A stretch of DNA of 28,182 nucleotides, counting the filler, from Candidatus Babeliales bacterium (GTDB lineage Bacteria; Babelota; Babeliae; Babelales; JABCYS01): the NCBI GenBank assembly GCA_016929235.1. It is 2 parts of 2 records of this genome, joined end to end, with 100 filler letters (N's around TTAATTAATTAA, not from the genome) between each part and the next. Parts side by side here need not be neighbours in the genome. Positions count along the whole stretch, not along the records: positions 14,087 to 28,182 come from JAFGJD010000003.1; 1 more part is not named here. One strand, given 5' to 3'. Each line of letters opens with the position of its first letter. Position 1 is the stretch's first letter. Positions 23,163-28,182 of this stretch are shown piece after piece. The translations under genes were made by a program, and so were the position numbers. Under the pieces are notes generated by a model that was not told the origin of the DNA, made no database searches, and saw nothing but the letters and a program-made list of their open reading frames with translations.

Positions 23163-24773
23163 TTACTCGTCACTTGATGTATGTATCATTTTGCGCAGCT
23201 CTTTTTTATCGAGCTTGCCCAGTGACGTTTGCGGCAACTCATCAAGTACTTTAATATCGCGAGGAACTTTATACCCACCCAAATTCTGTTCACAGAGCTG
23301 CTTTAATTCCGCCTCGATATCATGGGATGCCTTCTTAAGTTGCACAAAGGCCACGGGAACCTCTCCATCCTCATCTGGAACACCAACAACAGCCACCGCA
23401 CGTACCTGCGCATGAGTCATAATAATATTCTCAATTTCTTGCGGATAAATATTAAACCCCTTATGAATGATTAGATCCTTTTCACGTCCAGTAATAACTA
23501 CGCGCCCTGCTTGATCAAGGTACGCACAATCTCCCGTACAGAGCCAACCATCCTTAAGCACTTCCTCAGTTGCTTGAGGAGCTTTATAGTATCCCAACAT
23601 AATATTGTCTCCTTTCACCCATAACACGCCAATCGTTCCATGAGGAACATCATTGCCATGTTCATCTCGGATCGAAAGCGTAATACCTTGAAGTGGATAA
23701 CCCGCAGTATCTGACGGCAATATATCATCTTGCAAGGTTGCTGCCACCACAGGCGATGCTTCTGTCAGCCCATACCCATTGGCTATCTTGCGGCCATACA
23801 CCATAGCAAATCCACCACGAATCTTGTCTGGTAACGCATCGCCACCACACAAAAAATATTCAACGGAATCGACGGGTGCATTACGTAAAAGACACAAACC
23901 CCCATATAAAGCTGGTACGCCTAAAAATATGGTTGGTTTCTGTTCGAGACCAGTCACGATATATTTACGCTCTATCTTAGGAATAATGATCGCTGTTGCT
24001 TGTGCGAACGGAGTTGCCCAAACACATGTTACCTGAGCAAAGCTATGGAATAATGGAAACACTCCAAACACGCGCTCCTCGCCAACAAATCCAAATCTCG
24101 CAATCACCTGTAAAACATTGGTCATGATATTTGTATCACTGAGCATCACGCCCTTCGGCGTTCCTGTTGTCCCCGACGTATAAAGCAATACTGATAGCTC
24201 CTCTGGCTTGCGCTCAATAATCTCAAACTCACTGTCGTTCTTGGTAATATCTTTTGGTAGAAAATCCTCTTCTAGTAAAACCGTAACGGCAGCGCCTTTG
24301 AGTACATCTAAAAACGATTTCGATGTTAAAATGAACTTTGGTTCCGCATCCGCAAGAATCTGCTCCAATTCTTTTGCATGCAAGAATGTGTTGAGAGGCG
24401 CAACAACCGCGCCCGTCTGCCAGATGCCGTAGTAAGCAATGAAAAATTCAATAGAATTATCAAGTAATATAAAGACCGTCTCGCCTGGCTTTACGCCTTT
24501 TGCAACAAGAAAATGACTCACATAACTTGCGTGCCCATATAAGTCACCATATGTAATTGATTGATTATCACAGATCAGCGCAACATGTTTAGGAACATCC
24601 TTGGCTGCACGCTGTAGCGAAGCGGCCGGAACAACACGGTGGTCCCCATTCAAAAAATGTTTGCAAAAAAGAGCATATCTCTCAGCTTCTGTTCTGACTT
24701 GTCCCACAAAATCGTTCAAGTGCTTCACAAATACTACTCCACTTACTAGTAGGCTCCTCAGGAACCCAACCAT
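23163..24773 (-). CDS. fadD: Long-chain fatty acid--CoA ligase (ANL family)
   Basis: YTSGTTGTPKG, PLFHSFA, GYGLTEASP, GWLCTGD, GREKDLII..GFNIYPQEIE and LPQTSLGK. Start uncertain. Confidence 0.88.
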   Translation of the reverse strand: MVGFLRSLLVSGVVFVKHLNDFVGQVRTEAERYALFCKHFLNGDHRVVPAASLQRAAKDVPKHVALICDNQSITYGDLYGHASYVSHFLVAKGVKPGETVFILLDNSIEFFIAYYGIWQTGAVVAPLNTFLHAKELEQILADAEPKFILTSKSFLDVLKGAAVTVLLEEDFLPKDITKNDSEFEIIERKPEELSVLLYTSGTTGTPKGVMLSDTNIMTNVLQVIARFGFVGEERVFGVFPLFHSFAQVTCVWATPFAQATAIIIPKIERKYIVTGLEQKPTIFLGVPALYGGLCLLRNAPVDSVEYFLCGGDALPDKIRGGFAMVYGRKIANGYGLTEASPVVAATLQDDILPSDTAGYPLQGITLSIRDEHGNDVPHGTIGVLWVKGDNIMLGYYKAPQATEEVLKDGWLCTGDCAYLDQAGRVVITGREKDLIIHKGFNIYPQEIENIIMTHAQVRAVAVVGVPDEDGEVPVAFVQLKKASHDIEAELKQLCEQNLGGYKVPRDIKVLDELPQTSLGKLDKKELRKMIHTSSDE

Positions 24774-24862
24774 CTACTTTTCTTAAAACATAGGGTATAG
24801 TATAAACTCATAGCATGTCATTTGCGTACTGTATACTTATTCATTGATTAGGAAACGTTACT

Positions 24863-25510
24863 ATGCAAAATCTGACCAAAGGCACTCTTATAGCCATTGA
24901 GGGGACAGATGGCTCTGGCAAATCAACCCTTGCACGACGCCTCCATGAGCTCTTGGCCAAGCACCAATTTCCAACAGTATTAACCAAGGAATTTGGTGGA
25001 ACGCCTCTGGGTAAAAAAATCAGAGAAATGCTTCATCAGCGTACCGTACCAATGTCCAACAAAGCCGAATATCTATTGATTGCAGCGGACCGCGCACAGC
25101 ATTCTGCAGAAGTAGTCATGCCAAGTCTTGAAAAAAATATGCTCGTTATATCTGACCGCATGGGCGACTCATCATTAGTCTATCAAGGGCATGCTCGCGG
25201 TCTTGACATGAACATGATCCGTGCCGTGAACTTTTGGGCAATGAATAATAAAACTCCTGATCTCACCCTCTACGTACGTCTCGATCTCGAAACCGCTATG
25301 GATCGAGTGAAAACGCGCAACAAGCGCCTTACCGACTTTGAAAAAGAAAGCACTGCCTTTTTTGAACGTGTCATCAATGGCTACGATTCATTGTACCATG
25401 AACGTGATGATGTCATTATTCTTGATGGGATATTACCGCCAGAAGAACTTGCACAAAAGGCATACACCGAGGTACTACAATGGCTCGAGAACAACGAAAG
25501 CGAAAAGTAA
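24863..25510 (+). CDS. tmk: Thymidylate kinase
   Basis: IAIEGTDGSGKST, AADRAQH, ISDR..SSLVYQG and PDLTLY. Confidence 0.95.
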   Translation: MQNLTKGTLIAIEGTDGSGKSTLARRLHELLAKHQFPTVLTKEFGGTPLGKKIREMLHQRTVPMSNKAEYLLIAADRAQHSAEVVMPSLEKNMLVISDRMGDSSLVYQGHARGLDMNMIRAVNFWAMNNKTPDLTLYVRLDLETAMDRVKTRNKRLTDFEKESTAFFERVINGYDSLYHERDDVIILDGILPPEELAQKAYTEVLQWLENNESEK

Positions 25511-26223
25511 TACCACAGGCACAGCTATTTATCGGAAGACCCGATACACTCGAAGCTGAGACCATTTCATACTTGCAACGTGCATTCTGCCAACGTAACG
25601 GTTGCTCAATTTGTACAACATGCACACAGCTACACTCACACTCCCATCACGCTGTGCTATGGCTCGCACCGGAGCGCACATATACAGTTGAACAACTTGA
25701 ACCAATATTTGAACGCGCAGTATTTGCACTTGACAATGATGAACACTTTTTCTTTGTTCTCTACGATGTCGACAGGCTAACTCCAGCCTGCGCAAATCGT
25801 TTATTAAAGTTAATTGAAGAACCGCCTCCTGGTTATCATTTTCTTTTGCAAGCACAACGGCTTGACCTGGTATTACCAACTATACGCTCACGATGCATGA
25901 CAACAACGTATTATTCGCAACAAGAGCAGACACAAACACACACTCTTTTCCCCTATTTTACGTCCGCATTGCGCTTTGATCCTGGATCATTTTCAAAAAC
26001 ACTTGAGACAAGTAAGATCACAGAACACGAATCAGAGCTGCTCATCAACGATGTTCTTGCGTACTGGATTGCAGCATATAACTTTAAGCCACATGCTATC
26101 ACAGCACACATCGTACATATTTTGCAGCGGCATCTCAAACGGCCCATCATGCCAGGAAGCAGTAAGCTCGTTATACGCACACTCTTTCTGGATCTAGCAC
26201 CTCATCTCACATTACAAAAATAA
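25480..26223 (+). CDS. holB: DNA polymerase III delta' subunit (short form)
   Basis: Zn motif C...GCSICTTC, ANRLLKLIEEPP and LPTIRSRC (SRC motif); conserved tmk-holB order. Confidence 0.85.
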   Translation: MAREQRKRKVIPQAQLFIGRPDTLEAETISYLQRAFCQRNGCSICTTCTQLHSHSHHAVLWLAPERTYTVEQLEPIFERAVFALDNDEHFFFVLYDVDRLTPACANRLLKLIEEPPPGYHFLLQAQRLDLVLPTIRSRCMTTTYYSQQEQTQTHTLFPYFTSALRFDPGSFSKTLETSKITEHESELLINDVLAYWIAAYNFKPHAITAHIVHILQRHLKRPIMPGSSKLVIRTLFLDLAPHLTLQK

Positions 26224-26232
26224 ACCTCACCA

Positions 26233-27654
26233 CTAGAATGCTACGCTAATATTACCCCAAAGCCCCCATTGTTCCAGCGCTTTATGTGCCGCAAATTCAT
26301 ATGAACCACCAAAACCAACCTTCCCCCAATCATTGTCATATGCAAAAGCACCATAAATCTTGTGACTCCATGAAGATGGGTGTGCGCCAGAACAGAGATT
26401 AAGATCAGAAGTTTGAATCGTGGTAAAACTTGCATCACTTGTAGCAACATTGGTACCAGCTGCCGACATAGTAATATTGGCAGTGCCTGCCGATACTGCA
26501 CTACCTGCCAATGCTCCCGCCATATCAAAAATACCAACGCCATTATCAGTAATAGTACAACAACTGCCAGTCGTTATTTTTTCTGACTGACGCCACCAAA
26601 AAACATAACCCGTCTCAAAATTCCAATGCGTATGCCAGGCAATATGAAGTGCATTCCAAAAATCAATCGTACTCCGTGGTGCAATATCAGCAGAACATGT
26701 GAGATAGTTAATAGCAGGTTGTGAATCTAAACGAGATGCATTGGTAACAACTAATAAGTAACGTGACCAATCGCCATTATTTGTCAGATCAAATGAGCGC
26801 ATTTCGTGGTGAGAGAATACGTATCGATATTTTAGATCACTCATGAATGACATCCTCACACGATCCCTCTTGAGCAGCTCTACATCACCATAAGCCCCTA
26901 GGCCAAAGCTCCCGTTCTTACTGCCAACTACTGGTGCAAACATGTTAACAGCGCTGCGATCTCTTCCAGTTGGAATCGTTCCTACAAGGTAGAATCCCAA
27001 GTGACCGTTATCACGCTTGACTGGTGTGTAACCAATCTTACATTGGATATCATCAAGCCCAACTTTATCACGTTCAACTGAATCAATCCGCCCATAATTT
27101 GGACCATATGTTGCATCGGTATTTTTGAAATAGTTGGTCAGTGTTTCAAAACCACTTGTCGTTCCTTGATTGATAATTGATGTTTCTGAAAGATTTGCAT
27201 CGTGTTCCACACCGATCAGCGATGTCGTAACATTTGCCCAAAACTTTTTCCAAGATGCATACCATGCAGGAACAATACCCCATACATGCCGCTCAGGAAA
27301 AAGTGTTAGGGTCGAACTATAGCTAGCTCCCGATGCAGCAATTGTCTGAAACCACAATGATCCAAGATCCCCTGTACCATTCTCTCTCACTGCTAGTGAG
27401 CATTTATTATCCTTGAGAAAATAACGCGCAAGCTCTTCTTCATTCGTAGAGTTTTGGTAGACAATATTGGCGGTAATATCTGAGTAAAATTTATCAGTAT
27501 CAACATCTTCACGATACATATGTTGAAAATAATTCAATCCCAGCTCAAACGTTGGATCAGTTGTAATCTGCCGAGGCACAAAGAAGCTTGAACTTGCGCC
27601 CATCGCTTGAATTGCACACAATCCTACAATGTATCCTGTGTTTTTTATCCTCAT
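26233..27654 (-). CDS. Secreted protein, probable outer-membrane beta-barrel (paralogue of 1594-2994)
   Basis: Signal peptide, amphipathic strands, GLDDIQCKIGY...VGTIPTG...MFAPVVG, and C-terminal GGSYEF...WGLWGNISVAF. ATG 27654 follows AAGGGA. Confidence 0.72.
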   Translation of the reverse strand: MRIKNTGYIVGLCAIQAMGASSSFFVPRQITTDPTFELGLNYFQHMYREDVDTDKFYSDITANIVYQNSTNEEELARYFLKDNKCSLAVRENGTGDLGSLWFQTIAASGASYSSTLTLFPERHVWGIVPAWYASWKKFWANVTTSLIGVEHDANLSETSIINQGTTSGFETLTNYFKNTDATYGPNYGRIDSVERDKVGLDDIQCKIGYTPVKRDNGHLGFYLVGTIPTGRDRSAVNMFAPVVGSKNGSFGLGAYGDVELLKRDRVRMSFMSDLKYRYVFSHHEMRSFDLTNNGDWSRYLLVVTNASRLDSQPAINYLTCSADIAPRSTIDFWNALHIAWHTHWNFETGYVFWWRQSEKITTGSCCTITDNGVGIFDMAGALAGSAVSAGTANITMSAAGTNVATSDASFTTIQTSDLNLCSGAHPSSWSHKIYGAFAYDNDWGKVGFGGSYEFAAHKALEQWGLWGNISVAF

Positions 27655-27680
27655 TTCTTTTCCCTTTTTTATAGACACAA

Positions 27681-28037
27681 TTATGAAGCGTATTTAGCAA
27701 TCAGTGCTGCAACAAATGTTGATGCTCCAACGGTTGTTGGCCCGCTATAACGGACCACCATAAAATCATTATTGAAACCATCCTTTTCAGAATCACTATT
27801 ACTCAATGCTAAAGGCTCTGCATTAGCAAAGGCAGAATCAACTTGTGCTGCAATAGAGCTAGAAAGACGAAGATCCGCATCTAGATTTTCTTCCTCATCT
27901 ACTGCTATTGTATATTTGGCTACACTAGCTTCCCTGTCATCTGTAGAAAAGATGGCATCTAAGGCTTCCGACTCTGCACATACAAAGCTAACCATCATGG
28001 AAGCACTAAAGGTCCACAGCATTTTTATCCGCTTCAT
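27681..28037 (-). CDS. Hypothetical acidic exported protein
   Basis: ATG 28037 follows GAAGGGGA. Signal peptide ending VCA, then an acidic mature region. Sits tightly between the archease and barrel genes. Confidence 0.6.
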   Translation of the reverse strand: MKRIKMLWTFSASMMVSFVCAESEALDAIFSTDDREASVAKYTIAVDEEENLDADLRLSSSIAAQVDSAFANAEPLALSNSDSEKDGFNNDFMVVRYSGPTTVGASTFVAALIAKYAS

Positions 28038-28054
28038 TAGATCCCCTTCTATCA

Positions 28055-28180
28055 CTACACATCAAATACAATGTCAACCCGCCAACCATCTTCTCCGTTA
28101 TTGACGGTCAATCCGTAATAACTAACAGCCTTAATCGAAACACCATCGAATCTATCGACGCGACAGCCTTTGAGTACCCC
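28055..28180 (-). CDS. Archease, C-terminal fragment (5' end outside the window)
   Basis: Minus strand reads GVLKGCRVDRFDGVSIKAVSYYGLTVNNGEDGWRVDIVFDV* (TAG 28057-28055), matching the archease signature IKAVTYH.L......W....FDV. Not in the ORF track. Confidence 0.85.
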   Translation of the reverse strand, partial: GVLKGCRVDRFDGVSIKAVSYYGLTVNNGEDGWRVDIVFDV

Positions 28181-28182
28181 CT

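Noticed and set aside
113..28104. Other short overlapping ORFs in the track (e.g. 113-388, 2286-2630, 12578-13033, 15438-15875, 27772-28104)
   Set aside because: They are nested in or antisense to well-supported genes and show no family signatures.
1..28182. CRISPR arrays, tRNA/rRNA genes, IS elements, prophage or defence genes
   Set aside because: No regularly spaced repeats, cloverleafs, transposase/integrase motifs or nuclease motifs were seen by eye. Intergenic spaces are short.

Overview
The window holds two pieces of a compact bacterial genome, joined by an artificial 100-nt linker (44 N + TTAATTAATTAA + 44 N, 13987-14086). Gene content points to Ca. Dependentiae/Babelota (TM6); this is inferred from the paralogous Cys-rich secreted beta-barrel-like proteins, the ~320-aa fused ATP synthase c subunit and the divergent FolC. 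The two pieces are real neighbours in a different arrangement: bases 1-21 are the exact reverse complement of 14087-14107, and joining them restores an intact 160-aa type IV pilin gene converging on the prepilin peptidase gene. Left piece: pilin 3' end, pilD (apparently with an ATA start), rbfA, rpsU, a beta-barrel-like protein, orphans, gltX, an acylphosphatase-fold protein, a long Omp85 protein, and a His/Cys-rich membrane protein coupled to potABCD (potD cut off). Right piece: pilin 5' part, tsaC, folC-like, atpI-like, atpB, a four-hairpin atpE, two GT4 glycosyltransferases, a CBS/CysK-family enzyme, a NAPE-PLD-like MBL hydrolase, fadD, tmk, holB, a second beta-barrel-like paralogue, an acidic secreted protein and the 3' end of an archease. 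The best leads are (1) the four-fold fused c subunit, with the ion-binding Glu kept in only hairpins 1 and 4, and (2) the internally duplicated HxxH/CTISD membrane protein, which sits behind a Fur/PerR-like box and heads a pot operon whose binding protein has lost key polyamine-binding residues. No rRNA, tRNA, CRISPR or mobile element was recognised. All family assignments come from motif recognition by eye, not from database searches.
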